DNA from: Promethearchaeota archaeon
Lineage (GTDB): Archaea; Asgardarchaeota; Lokiarchaeia; Sigyniarchaeales; SOKP01
Assembly: GCA_048941285.1 (NCBI GenBank)
Contig: JBHLNS010000002.1
Location: 64,001 to 128,000 of the forward strand
Reading direction: 5' to 3'
DNA: 64,000 bases
The notes beneath the pieces were generated by a model. That model was not told where the DNA came from. It worked only from the letters and a program-made list of their open reading frames with translations, and did no database searches. Below are positions 10,497 to 20,881 of this stretch, piece after piece (the stretch's first letter is position 1; each line of letters opens with the position of its first letter). The position numbers and the translations under genes are program-made.

Positions 10497-10581
10497 GTAA
10501 AAAAATAGTTAAAATTCAACGTATTAAAATAAATAAGTAGTTTTACATTTTTCCCATATAATAGTATTTACCCATTCACTT

Positions 10582-11100
10582 ATGAAAAATTATATATTCA
10601 AAGTTCTTCTGACTGGAAATGGTGGAGTTGGAAAAACATCACTTCTAAGAAGGTATGTGGATGGTATGTTTGACAGCTCAACAGTGATGACTATCGGGGC
10701 AGATTTTTTTACCAAAGAGCTATTTTTTGATAATGCACGTTGTATGATACAATTATGGGATTTGGGAGGTCAAGAACGCTTCAGATATCTTCTTGAGAAT
10801 TTTGTCATGGGAGCAAGGGCTGCCCTTCTTTTAATTGATTTAACTCGAATGCCTCTTATAAAAGATATATTAGAATGGGTAAATATTGCTCGATTGCATG
10901 ATATAAGTTTACCTATATTACTTGTAGGGACCAAACTAGATCTTGAAGATTTAATTGCAATTGATGACGAAAGTGCTCTTCATCTAAAAAATACTTTTAA
11001 TATGATAGACTATATAAAAACATCAGCTAAAACTGGTTATAACGTTGAAAAAGTATTTGATGTACTAGTTAAAAATTTAGTAAATATAAGTAAATATTAG
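10582..11100 (+). CDS. Rab-like small GTPase
   Basis: G1 GNGGVGKT, TIGADF, IQLWDLGGQERFR, GTKLDL, TSAKTG. Confidence 0.92.
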   Translation: MKNYIFKVLLTGNGGVGKTSLLRRYVDGMFDSSTVMTIGADFFTKELFFDNARCMIQLWDLGGQERFRYLLENFVMGARAALLLIDLTRMPLIKDILEWVNIARLHDISLPILLVGTKLDLEDLIAIDDESALHLKNTFNMIDYIKTSAKTGYNVEKVFDVLVKNLVNISKY

Positions 11101-11118
11101 ACTTATTTTGGTAAAAAA

Positions 11119-11934
11119 ATGATTAGTATGAATGATGAACTAGTTATTCTTGGTTCTGGAGGTGGTCGTCATCATATTAGAACACAATATAGAGCTACTG
11201 GAGGAATTATCTATAAATTTCAAGGCATACAAGCACATATAGATCCAGGACCTGGTGCTATTGTTAGGGTAAATCAATATAAAGAAGATCCTGTAAAAAC
11301 TGAACTTTTTATTGTGACTCACGGCCATGTTGACCATTATAGCGATTTAAGTGCTATTATTGAGAGTTCCAGAGAAGTTCTACATGATAAAAAATATTAT
11401 TACTATAAAAAGGGTACTTTAATTACAACAGATGAAGTATTAAAGTATATTTCTGATTATCATCTTAACATGCTTGAAAACGTGGTGAGGTTTAGAGCAG
11501 GAGATAAAATCATCTATAAAGGGGTAGAAATTATGGGGACAAAGACTGTTCATTCTCCCTCAAATGATGGATTTGGAATTAAATTTGGCCTTAAAGATTA
11601 CTCTATAGCATTTACAAGCGATACAATGGTATACGATGGTTTTTCTGAAGAATTTTCCGGATGTAATATTTTAGTGCTTAATTTACTTCGCCCAGATTCA
11701 ATTATTTGTAAAAGACATTTATGTACTAATGAAGTTATCCCCTATATAAATAAGATTACCCCTCCACTTAATGGGCTTATCATTACTCATTTTGGTTCAT
11801 TTATGGATAGCCCTACATCGACAAAAAATTATGTCCCTAGCCAAGTATTAAAATTCCAAGAAAATACAAGCATAAACAATATTATCGCAGCAGAAGACGG
11901 ACTAAAAATAAATATTAAAGACCTATTGAAATAA
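11119..11934 (+). CDS. MBL-fold metallo-hydrolase
   Basis: LGSGGG, IDPGPG, THGHVDH, FTSDT, ITHFG. Confidence 0.85.
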   Translation: MISMNDELVILGSGGGRHHIRTQYRATGGIIYKFQGIQAHIDPGPGAIVRVNQYKEDPVKTELFIVTHGHVDHYSDLSAIIESSREVLHDKKYYYYKKGTLITTDEVLKYISDYHLNMLENVVRFRAGDKIIYKGVEIMGTKTVHSPSNDGFGIKFGLKDYSIAFTSDTMVYDGFSEEFSGCNILVLNLLRPDSIICKRHLCTNEVIPYINKITPPLNGLIITHFGSFMDSPTSTKNYVPSQVLKFQENTSINNIIAAEDGLKINIKDLLK

Positions 11935-12367
11935 GGTTTTATTGCTTCTATAAGGGGTTTACTAAATAAGATGAATTTTTTGGCATGATTTTGTACAAAA
12001 ATTTTAGTTTGTTACTCAAATATAATATTCTAACTTGTACTCGATACCGTAACATAAATAAAATATAATACTATAGTTTTTATATCCCCAATATCTACTA
12101 TCTTTCAAGAAGGGAAAACTAAATAGATAATCTGGTTGCATAACATTGGATACAATTATAATTAGAGAGCCCATTTCGGGTAGTTGCCAAAATTCGCCCT
12201 CTATTAAACTCTTTAGAGTTTAATTCTCTCCCTGATTTTTAAATTTTTGCCCAGATTTCTGTTCCCTTCCTTTTCTTTAACACTTTAAATGTGTAAAACT
12301 TAAAAAGACTAAAATTAGATTTGATGTTTATTTAATCTTTATCTTCTTTATAATAAGTATAAGAATT

Positions 12368-12526
12368 TTATTCTTGGGCAATCCAATATCGACAAACGAT
12401 GCACTGCAATACATTTTGGAATGTAACTTCATTAGAGTTATTAAGACGAATCTTTCGATTTACCATAACATTTCCGCATTTATCGCAAATAGTTAGGTCT
12501 TTTGGTTTTAATTTATGTACGGACAT
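12368..12526 (-). CDS. small zinc-ribbon protein (52 aa, not in ORF track)
   Basis: MSVHKLKPKDLTICDKCGNVMVNRKIRLNNSNEVTFQNVLQCIVCRYWIAQE: two CxxC pairs. Confidence 0.7.
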   Translation of the reverse strand: MSVHKLKPKDLTICDKCGNVMVNRKIRLNNSNEVTFQNVLQCIVCRYWIAQE

Positions 12527-12741
12527 GTGTCATTTCACGAATAACTGATAATGCTAATAAGAAATCGATTTTATCAATATGCCTAATGACATAAGCATTA
12601 ATCGATGATGCAACCCTTATTTAGATATTAATAACTATCTAATTATTTAAATATGTTTTAAAGTAAAAATTTTATCGATTTTAATACGAACTGTACTTTA
12701 AAAGCCTCAAAAGATAAGAATCTTATCCAAATGAAACGATT

Positions 12742-13296
12742 TTAGATTAAAGTTTCTTTATTTAACATACATACTATTAGTGTATAAATATGAATTATCA
12801 TTAAAATTATTACTGCTATAATAAGAACAATATAATAATTTATAAAGTTTTCAGGCGCAAAAGAAATAATTTCAATAAGTGTAATGATATAATTATACAA
12901 ATTGAATGAATTAAATATGATATATACTAAAGATAATATGAAAAGAACTGCTATAGATGACTTTGTTTGTCTATAAAAAAACCATCTAGCAAAAATATCT
13001 TCACTTCTAAAGTGCTTCTGGATTGTTGCGCATAAAATAAATATTGTAATAAGAAAGTTTACTAAAATAAACATTAAAATGAAAGGTATAACGCTCACAA
13101 TTAAGTTACCTATATTTGTTAATAATTCTGAAATTGGGATGGTATATAAATAATATAAAAATGATTGAATAAAATAATATAGCTGAGGAATAAACTGAAT
13201 AAAAAGAGTAAGTGAAATAAAAGCCAGAATTATTGTACCGGTTTTGCTTATTCGAAAACCGAATAATTTTATATCAGAATTTTCTTTTATAGTCAT
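12742..13296 (-). CDS. membrane protein with two internal repeats
   Basis: 4 hydrophobic segments; FGFRISKTGTIILAFISL resembles FFYRQTKSSIAVLFILSL; GAGGTG SD. Confidence 0.7.
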   Translation of the reverse strand: MTIKENSDIKLFGFRISKTGTIILAFISLTLFIQFIPQLYYFIQSFLYYLYTIPISELLTNIGNLIVSVIPFILMFILVNFLITIFILCATIQKHFRSEDIFARWFFYRQTKSSIAVLFILSLVYIIFNSFNLYNYIITLIEIISFAPENFINYYIVLIIAVIILMIIHIYTLIVCMLNKETLI

Positions 13297-13355
13297 TAAA
13301 ACACCTCATTCAAACTGGAATTCTAATAGACAATTATAACCCTTTGTTTTTAAAA

Positions 13356-14288
13356 TTAATTAAAGCTTTTTGAAACCGAAATTTTATCTTTTTCTTTGAT
13401 CTTATTAATTTTTAATACTGCAATTAAAATAGCACAGAAAATTAAACCACTACCAATCCAACCAAATATAGATAAGATTTCATTATCTATTAAAAATCCA
13501 AACAAAGCTGCGAATACTGGTTCAAGAGTAAATATAATTGCAGTGGTTGTTGGCCCTTGATATTGTTGACTCCAATTTTGGAAAAGAATGGTAAGGGTCA
13601 TAACGACAATTCCCATATATGTCATTATTAACCAAAAAGGAAGAGAAAATGAAAATAAGTCATATGGTTCTCTTAAGATTAAGGAACAGAGAAAACAGGA
13701 TGCAAAAACAACAACCACTTGAATTATGGAATATAGATACAAATCAACAAGGCGGACATATTTATCATTTAAAATAATATAAAAAGCAAAGAAGAATGCA
13801 CAAATTAATACTAAAAGATCTCCAATTATTAATCCAGATTCACCCTCCAATAATAATAATGCCATACCGATAACAGAAATTATTACAGCTAACCAAATTC
13901 TAATGTGAAGTCGCTTTTTATAACCAATCCATGCAATAAATGGCACGATTATTGTACTTAAACCCGTTATAAAACCAGTTTTTCCAGCTGAATCATTGAG
14001 TTGAAGTCCATAAGTCTGAAATACAATACCAAAAAAATATAATAATCCTGTTATACATCCCATTAGTAATATCTTTTTATTCAAGTTTTTTAGACGTGGA
14101 AAGAAAGGAATAAATCCAAAGAAAGCAATCAAAAATCTAAAACCAAGATACAAAAAGATTGGGACACCTTCTATAATATTTTTAGTTATAATAAATGATG
14201 TCCCCCAGAGTACTGTAGTAAGAATCAATAAAAATATGGCGATAACCCTCTTAGAGTGTGAAATTTCTTTAAGGTTTTTCTGCGCCAT
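13356..14288 (-). CDS. DMT/EamA family transporter
   Basis: LWGTSF, about 10 TM, GDLLVLICA, IFTLEPVFAALFG. Confidence 0.9.
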   Translation of the reverse strand: MAQKNLKEISHSKRVIAIFLLILTTVLWGTSFIITKNIIEGVPIFLYLGFRFLIAFFGFIPFFPRLKNLNKKILLMGCITGLLYFFGIVFQTYGLQLNDSAGKTGFITGLSTIIVPFIAWIGYKKRLHIRIWLAVIISVIGMALLLLEGESGLIIGDLLVLICAFFFAFYIILNDKYVRLVDLYLYSIIQVVVVFASCFLCSLILREPYDLFSFSLPFWLIMTYMGIVVMTLTILFQNWSQQYQGPTTTAIIFTLEPVFAALFGFLIDNEILSIFGWIGSGLIFCAILIAVLKINKIKEKDKISVSKSFN

Positions 14289-14507
14289 ACTAATTTCATC
14301 TTCTAAGTCTTGTAATTGTAGAAAAATTAATTAAAATATAAATAATTCTAAACGCCCATTTTTTCTCTATTTATTATCTTTTTATAATTTTAATGCATAT
14401 TTTATGCATTTAATGGATATTTTCAAAATTTAATAATATTAAATATGCATATCTCTAATTTTTCAATATTAATAAAAAATAGATATGCAAAAAAAAAAGG
14501 TGATGAA

Positions 14508-15629
14508 TTGCCAAAAACCTATAATGAGATTAATGAAAAAATAAAGAAAGGAAATGTTAAAGTTGTTACAGCAGAAGAAATGATTAAAATTGTAGAAGAA
14601 AGCGGAATTAAGGTAGCTGCTGAAGAGATCGATGTAGTAACTACAGGAACTTTTGGACCTATGTGTTCAAGTGGGGCATTCTTGAATTTTGGTCATTCAG
14701 ATCCTCCAATAAAGTTTGAACATGTTTGGCTTAACGATGTTAAAGCATATCATGGTAATGCTGCCGTAGATTGCTATATAGGGTGTTCAAAAATGTCTAA
14801 ATTGTACCCATTTAAATATGGTGGGGGCCATGTAATTGAAGATCTTGTATCTAGAAAACCAATAAAATTGAGAGGTAATTCTTATATAACAGATTGTTAC
14901 CCTCTCTCTAATGTTGAAACTGAATTCACAATCGATGACATAAATCAAGCCATTTTATGTAATCCGAGAAATGCATATCAACGATATATTTGTGCAGTGA
15001 ATAGCTCTGATAAAACGTTATATACGTATATGGGAAAATTATTACGTCACTTTGGAAATGCTCATTTTGCTGGAGCAGGATGTTTAAATCCCTTAAGCAA
15101 TGATCCTGATTATGAAACAATAGGAATAGGGACTAGAATATTTCTTGGTGGAGGCGTTGGATATGTTATCGGAGAAGGAACACAACACAACCCAAGAACA
15201 GGAATGGGTACTATATTTGTTAAGGGGAATCTGAAACAGATGAATTCAGAATTTCTACGTGGAGTATCCTATGAGAATTATGGAACTTCTATGTTAGTTG
15301 GAGTTGGAATCCCAATTCCAATTTTGAATAAAGGATTAGCTAAAAAAACCGCAATTAAAGATGAGGACATTTTAACTGAAGTAGTAGATTATGGAATACC
15401 GAGAAGAGAAAGACCAATACTTAAAAAAGTTACGTATAAGGAATTGAAAAGTGGAAATATAGAATTAAATCATAAAAAAATAAAATGTTCATCCTTATCT
15501 TCCGTCCCAAAATCAAGAAAAATAGCTAAAATTTTGAAAAATTGGATTCAAAAGGGAAAATTTTACCTAAATCCCCCAGCAGAAACACTACCTTTAGAAA
15601 AAGAGTTGAAACAAATGAAGCAGAATTAA
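14508..15629 (+). CDS. homocysteine biosynthesis protein (DUF39 / MJ0100-like aspartate-semialdehyde sulfurtransferase), no CBS pair
   Basis: KTYNEINEKIKKG, DVVTTGTFGPMCSSGAFLNFGHSDPP, YGGGHVIEDL, RNAYQRY; TTG start at 14508 after GGTGA SD. Confidence 0.85.
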   Translation: MPKTYNEINEKIKKGNVKVVTAEEMIKIVEESGIKVAAEEIDVVTTGTFGPMCSSGAFLNFGHSDPPIKFEHVWLNDVKAYHGNAAVDCYIGCSKMSKLYPFKYGGGHVIEDLVSRKPIKLRGNSYITDCYPLSNVETEFTIDDINQAILCNPRNAYQRYICAVNSSDKTLYTYMGKLLRHFGNAHFAGAGCLNPLSNDPDYETIGIGTRIFLGGGVGYVIGEGTQHNPRTGMGTIFVKGNLKQMNSEFLRGVSYENYGTSMLVGVGIPIPILNKGLAKKTAIKDEDILTEVVDYGIPRRERPILKKVTYKELKSGNIELNHKKIKCSSLSSVPKSRKIAKILKNWIQKGKFYLNPPAETLPLEKELKQMKQN

Positions 15630-15667
15630 GTGAAAACTTTGTAAAAAAATATTTAGTATAAAAACAA

Positions 15668-16681
15668 CTATTCCCTTGTTATAATCTCAAAAATCTCATC
15701 CAAGCGAGGAGTCTTGCGTCTTAAAGTGATACAACGTTCTTCTTCACAGCCTCGCAGGATAGCTATTAATTCATTCAAATGAATAGTAGGAATATCCAAC
15801 TTCTCTCCAAACCATTTATTCATTTTCTCTCTATATTCAGGCTTACTTAAAGTATATAAACAAGTCGGGCAAGGAGTTACTAAGAAATCCGCTCCAACGT
15901 TTTCGGCACTCTTTAATTTATTAAAGGTAATAGATAGGGCTTCTTTAGGATTTATTAATAATTGTGAAGCTCCCCATCCGCAACAACTTTCTTTTTCTTG
16001 ATAATCAACTGGTGTCCCTCCAAAAAGAAAAACCAATTCATCTAATTTAGTTTTATCTTTTAAATAGGCTTCGATATTTCTTTTATCCCGTGATAAATTT
16101 AGATAATGACAGCCATAATGAATTGCAACTTTAAGTCCTTTTAAATCGAATTTTAAAGAATTAAGAACATCATTTCTAATTAAATATAAAAAATCTAAAT
16201 CATGAATTAACTTTAGATTAAAATTGTCTAAAATCTCATATTTTTTAGGATAATTTTCTCCTATTCTTTTCTCCTTTAATCTGTTTAGAATTTCAATTGT
16301 TTTTTTCTTAACGTCAGGAATATTTAAAAATTCCCGACCTCTTAAAAGACTGTTATAACAACCATTACAACTAAATAGCACAATATCTGCTAATTGATTC
16401 ATTTCACTTAAATTCCTCTCATTAATAGCAGCAAATTGCGCTCGAGTAATCAAATTTCTTTGAAAAAATGTCCCAGAGCAACAAGACTGATTTAAACACA
16501 AGGTCGGATTTAATTCAAGCTCTTCTAAAAGATCTTGAAGACCCCATCTAACTCCAGGAAAATAACGTTCTAGACATGCTTTGAAAAGACACAATCTTTT
16601 TTGTTTAAAAAATTCTAAAGGATTTTCTGGATAAGCTCTTTCTATTTCTTCAAGATTTAATGCTAAATTAATTGCTTCCAT
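15668..16681 (-). CDS. hdrB: heterodisulfide reductase subunit B (CCG domains)
   Basis: QSCCSG, CNGC, HYGCH, SCCGWG, PCPTC; directly downstream of hdrC. Confidence 0.85.
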   Translation of the reverse strand: MEAINLALNLEEIERAYPENPLEFFKQKRLCLFKACLERYFPGVRWGLQDLLEELELNPTLCLNQSCCSGTFFQRNLITRAQFAAINERNLSEMNQLADIVLFSCNGCYNSLLRGREFLNIPDVKKKTIEILNRLKEKRIGENYPKKYEILDNFNLKLIHDLDFLYLIRNDVLNSLKFDLKGLKVAIHYGCHYLNLSRDKRNIEAYLKDKTKLDELVFLFGGTPVDYQEKESCCGWGASQLLINPKEALSITFNKLKSAENVGADFLVTPCPTCLYTLSKPEYREKMNKWFGEKLDIPTIHLNELIAILRGCEEERCITLRRKTPRLDEIFEIITRE

Positions 16682-16696
16682 TGGTCTGAAACTTTC

Positions 16697-17221
16697 TTAT
16701 TTTTTCTTTTTCTTTGTCTCTTTTTTTTTATTTTTGCTCGCTTTAAATACATATTTTATACGCGCAAAATTACATATTTCATTTAATTCTTCCATACGTT
16801 CCGGTGACAAACCTCCATCTAAAGGATCTTCCAACACAGTACCGTTGGTTAAAAATTTTTCAGACATCTCTACATATTTTCGCAAATCATTATAACGAGG
16901 TCCATAACCTTTCTTAAAACTCTCATTTCTCAAATTAATAATTAATAAAGGGATATTTATATTATCTTTTGGGCAGACTCTTTTACAACGTTCACATAGA
17001 TAACAATACCAAATATCAGAATCTTTTAAAACACTTTTATCTCCTCGAAGTACTTTCTTAATTATTTTTCGTATATTAAAGTTTGAAACTTTACTTGCAG
17101 GACAATCGCCAACGCATTTTCCACATGAAATACATTGAATTAGATTTCTATTTTCATCTACATCATCAACGAGTTCTTCATAAAAGTTCCAATTCCATTC
17201 TGAATCACTATATCCGCCCAT
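16697..17221 (-). CDS. hdrC: heterodisulfide reductase subunit C
   Basis: CISCGKCVGDCP and IWYCYLCERCKRVCP [4Fe-4S] motifs; adjacent to hdrB. Confidence 0.85.
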   Translation of the reverse strand: MGGYSDSEWNWNFYEELVDDVDENRNLIQCISCGKCVGDCPASKVSNFNIRKIIKKVLRGDKSVLKDSDIWYCYLCERCKRVCPKDNINIPLLIINLRNESFKKGYGPRYNDLRKYVEMSEKFLTNGTVLEDPLDGGLSPERMEELNEICNFARIKYVFKASKNKKKETKKKKK

Positions 17222-17430
17222 AATTTTAAGTATTTTTCTCAGGTTAATATATTACTTTCATTTTCTATTTGAGAATCATAGTTCATTGTAAAAAAAATAT
17301 TGTATTTAAGTATATAATCTTAAAATGCAAAATCTTTAATTTTGAAAATTTGTATTATATATATCCTTGATCAAACTTATCCATATAGAAGATTTAAAGA
17401 TAATTTACGGAAAAGCATTGGAGATTTTTA

Positions 17431-18123
17431 ATGGTTCAATATAAAGATGGTAATATTTATCTGAAGATTGTGTATTATGGTATGGCAGGGTGTGGGAAGA
17501 CAACTATACTAGAAACCCTCTACAAATTAACAAAAGATGGTAAAAGAGAAATTATTCCTGCAAGTGATTTACAAAAAATTGATAGAGATAGTGGAGCTAC
17601 CCTTTATTTTGATAGGGGAATATTTCAATCTGCAAAAAAAAAGAAGATTTATTATAGAGTATACACTGTTGCTGGTCAAAAAGGTTTTGCTACATTAAGA
17701 AGAAAAGTTTTTAATAAAATAGATGCTGAGACAGATGCTGTAATATTCGTTGTAGATTCGCAAATAAAATATTTTGAAGATAATATTGAATTTCTACTAG
17801 AATTAAAAGACATTACGAAAGATAGACTCATTAAAGAAATTCCATTTATTGTCATGCTAAATAAACAAGATTTAAAACAAATAATTAATGAAGATGACTT
17901 TATTCATATATTAAAAAGAGAAAAGCTTTGGTATGAACCTGATCATGAATTATACATTTGGAGTCCACTAATTTATAAAACTTGTGCATTATATGATCAA
18001 GAAAAAGATATTTATCGCAGTTTTCATGAGATAGCACGAAGAACAGGGTTATATCATATATATGGAGATGGAAGAGCTCCAAAAGATAAGAGATTTACAG
18101 ATACTTCAATCTTAACAGCTTAA
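17431..18123 (+). CDS. MglA-like small GTPase
   Basis: KIVYYGMAGCGKTT, TLYFD, YTVAGQ (MglA-type G3 lacking Asp), NKQD. Confidence 0.85.
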   Translation: MVQYKDGNIYLKIVYYGMAGCGKTTILETLYKLTKDGKREIIPASDLQKIDRDSGATLYFDRGIFQSAKKKKIYYRVYTVAGQKGFATLRRKVFNKIDAETDAVIFVVDSQIKYFEDNIEFLLELKDITKDRLIKEIPFIVMLNKQDLKQIINEDDFIHILKREKLWYEPDHELYIWSPLIYKTCALYDQEKDIYRSFHEIARRTGLYHIYGDGRAPKDKRFTDTSILTA

Positions 18124-18176
18124 TTTTATTTTGCTGCAATTCTTTCTTAAAATAAAAATAAAATAATGAATTTATA

Positions 18177-18938
18177 TTATTCATTTTTTATAAAAATCTC
18201 TTTCATCCAACGAGGGAGAAGGAAACCGCCATAGAATTCCAATGCACTTAATATCAACAATATTCTTACGACAACAACCATTATCGATAAAAATAGATCA
18301 GTAGGATCTTCAAAAATAGCCCCTAGCAAAGAATCAAATACTGAGCCAACAGTGAAAGTTATAAACGCAGCCCGAAGTAATTTCCCCTTCAATCTAATTT
18401 CTCGGTCGTCTGATTTAACTGATTTTTGAGCAAAAATTATTCCAGTAACCAACATAACTATAATTACTATCATTAAGTAAATTGTGATAAAGATGCCAAA
18501 ATCAGCAGTGAATGGTCTACTTAATGGATCAATTGTACCTATCAAATTTAAATCTATGAAAAACAGAGAAAAAAATATAATTTCAAAGATAATTGAAAGA
18601 ATAATTGTGGTTGTGATTACCTTTTTCTGCGATTTTTTTCTTATCATATCTGTATATGCGGTTAACCAAGTTATTAAAGCAATAGGAAGAAAGCAATTAC
18701 CTATGATAAAATACCAGCCAGTATCCAAAGGAGTCTGTGCAATAAGAATCATTAAGAACGAAACAGAATCAGGAATCCATGGATTTGCCACACCTATCCA
18801 GGAAATTCCTACTAAGATCAATAGCCGATTTTTATATTCAAAATACTTCGACAAAATTGTTATTCCAATAATTAAAGATATTATTACAAATATAAGACTA
18901 AAACTCCCTTGTAAGTAATCTACTAATTCAAGTGCCAT
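18177..18938 (-). CDS. seven-transmembrane membrane protein
   Basis: About 7 hydrophobic helices, basic loop REIRLKGKLL before the sixth, C-terminal GFLLPRW. Confidence 0.75.
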   Translation of the reverse strand: MALELVDYLQGSFSLIFVIISLIIGITILSKYFEYKNRLLILVGISWIGVANPWIPDSVSFLMILIAQTPLDTGWYFIIGNCFLPIALITWLTAYTDMIRKKSQKKVITTTIILSIIFEIIFFSLFFIDLNLIGTIDPLSRPFTADFGIFITIYLMIVIIVMLVTGIIFAQKSVKSDDREIRLKGKLLRAAFITFTVGSVFDSLLGAIFEDPTDLFLSIMVVVVRILLILSALEFYGGFLLPRWMKEIFIKNE

Positions 18939-19067
18939 AATTTCTCACTAAAGTTTTAAATATATTATCGTGCGATTGTATAAACTTATGTTCTTTTTCT
19001 ATAAAAATATATATCTTTTTATTGCCCTAAATTTAAAGCTTAGAATAGAATCAAATAGTTACTAAAA

Positions 19068-20153
19068 TTAAACAATTTCATAATCAAAAGAGGTATCTTC
19101 TCCCATCTGCTCTGTTAAGAGCTTTAAGTGAGTTATATATTCATTTAAGGATATTTCTTGGTTCTGATATCTTTCAATTATTTTCTCAATAACATAATAT
19201 GGTCTGAATTTAATAAACCGGACATCGGAGAAAAGGTAGACAAAACCCTTTGTTTCATAAATAAATCTCTTATCTAATAGCTCATTAAAGAGTTCTTCTT
19301 TATTGTTTAAAATATTCAAGCAATCATTTACCGACAATCTTTTTTCTCTTAGTGTCTTCAAGAGAGAAAATACATCTTTATTAAATAATACTGTCTGAAT
19401 TACCGTCTTATTTTCGTAATCTGAGATATTATAATAATCAATATAATATTTTTTTAAAGATTCTTTATACTTTTTTAAGATATGTTCTTCTATCTCTTCA
19501 GAAGGAAATTTTTTAGGAGGAATTCGAGAGCAGGATAGGTCTTTCACTAAAAAATAACATTCTTTGCTTCCGGGTACATTCTTTTTTATCACAAGATTTT
19601 CATGAAGAAAAGAGATTAATATTAGATCAATATTTACTGTGGAAAAGCCATAGCTATGTCTTAAAATGTTCATTAACTCAATTTTAGATATTACGCCATT
19701 TCTTAAGATTTCGAGAATTGTATATTTCATCTTATCTTGAAAAAAATTGACTAAATTATCCTCTTCATCTAATTTGGAATAATCTCTTATTGTATTGAAC
19801 GCTTCAGATATTGTCCGAGTGATTTTATTTGTATTAATTAATTCAATTAAATTTTTACTTATAAGCGCTAGAATCTCTGGAGATTGCTCAATGATATCTT
19901 CAATACTCTCTTTTTTCTTATAAACTAAGATAAGGAAATAATCTTCTCCCTCCATTCTTTGTATCATCGAGATATAACGGATATCTTGATCCTCAGGAAT
20001 GAATTCAATCATAGAGGCTTCTTTATTTGTTTCGTGTTTTGCCCAAATTTTTAGTAGAAGTTCTTTCGAAGGAAAATTTTTTTCTGGGGGATATTGTATT
20101 ATGGGCTCCGGTCCTGTGGAAGTATTCCAGTGAGTTAGAATAATGCGTTCCAT
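19068..20153 (-). CDS. putative longin/uDENN-like domain protein with C-terminal winged-helix-like regions
   Basis: IILTHWNTSTGPEPIIQYPP matches the hydrophobic-strand/GP-x-I-x-x-x-YP start of longin/uDENN folds (recognised by eye). Confidence 0.55.
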   Translation of the reverse strand: MERIILTHWNTSTGPEPIIQYPPEKNFPSKELLLKIWAKHETNKEASMIEFIPEDQDIRYISMIQRMEGEDYFLILVYKKKESIEDIIEQSPEILALISKNLIELINTNKITRTISEAFNTIRDYSKLDEEDNLVNFFQDKMKYTILEILRNGVISKIELMNILRHSYGFSTVNIDLILISFLHENLVIKKNVPGSKECYFLVKDLSCSRIPPKKFPSEEIEEHILKKYKESLKKYYIDYYNISDYENKTVIQTVLFNKDVFSLLKTLREKRLSVNDCLNILNNKEELFNELLDKRFIYETKGFVYLFSDVRFIKFRPYYVIEKIIERYQNQEISLNEYITHLKLLTEQMGEDTSFDYEIV

Positions 20154-20394
20154 TTCTGTATGGATCTCTATTATTAATATATATTTTTATTGAGTTTTAC
20201 ATATCTTTTATAATTATTTTTCTCTTTCTTATTAATGGATTTTGTTCTTATAATAATTTACGATTTTAGTATAGATGATATTTTATATTATATTAATAGT
20301 ATAGAAAGTCCAAAAAGGTTTTCTTTAATATTTTTTGATATAAATTAAGTTTTAATTAATTAAAAAAGAGATATTCTGAAAAGAGCTATTTTAA

Positions 20395-20643
20395 TTAAAA
20401 GAATTCTGGAAAGGATTGCTCAATTCTATTTAATGTTATTGCTAAAAGATTAAGAACTTCCTCATTATTATTAGATTTAATATTGTCAATTACACTATCT
20501 AAAATTTTATTACCTAATTGAATATCGGCTTTTGTCTTTACTTGTTTATAACGAAACAACAAAGTGAACTCATTCTCGAGCCATTCTAAGTCTTCTTTTA
20601 AAGTATCTTCCAAAACTTTCTCATAGTCTCCATCAACTGACAT
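20395..20643 (-). CDS. hypothetical small helical protein
   Basis: 82-aa ORF with strong AGGAGG SD. Confidence 0.75.
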   Translation of the reverse strand: MSVDGDYEKVLEDTLKEDLEWLENEFTLLFRYKQVKTKADIQLGNKILDSVIDNIKSNNNEEVLNLLAITLNRIEQSFPEFF

Positions 20644-20881
20644 TTATTAATCCTCCTAACCTAATATAATACCTCAAATCTTTAATAATAATATAATTAT
20701 TTAAAACTAGTTGAACAAAAAAATTTTTATAACAATAGGACGTACAAAACACTTTTGTACACAAAAAAAGTGATTTGAGATAATAAAAGAATGCAATGAT
20801 TGATTAAGAATTTAATTCCCTCTCCCTATTTGCGAGATAGAATAAAAATTATAACTAATTTATGATTTACCAATAGAATAG

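Noticed and set aside
11940-12300. Possible decayed ORF on the minus strand (..LIEGEFWQLPEMGSLIIIV..)
   Set aside because: Interrupted by stops, with no family I can recognise
18177-18938. 7TM protein as a rhodopsin
   Set aside because: No retinal-binding Lys in the last helix
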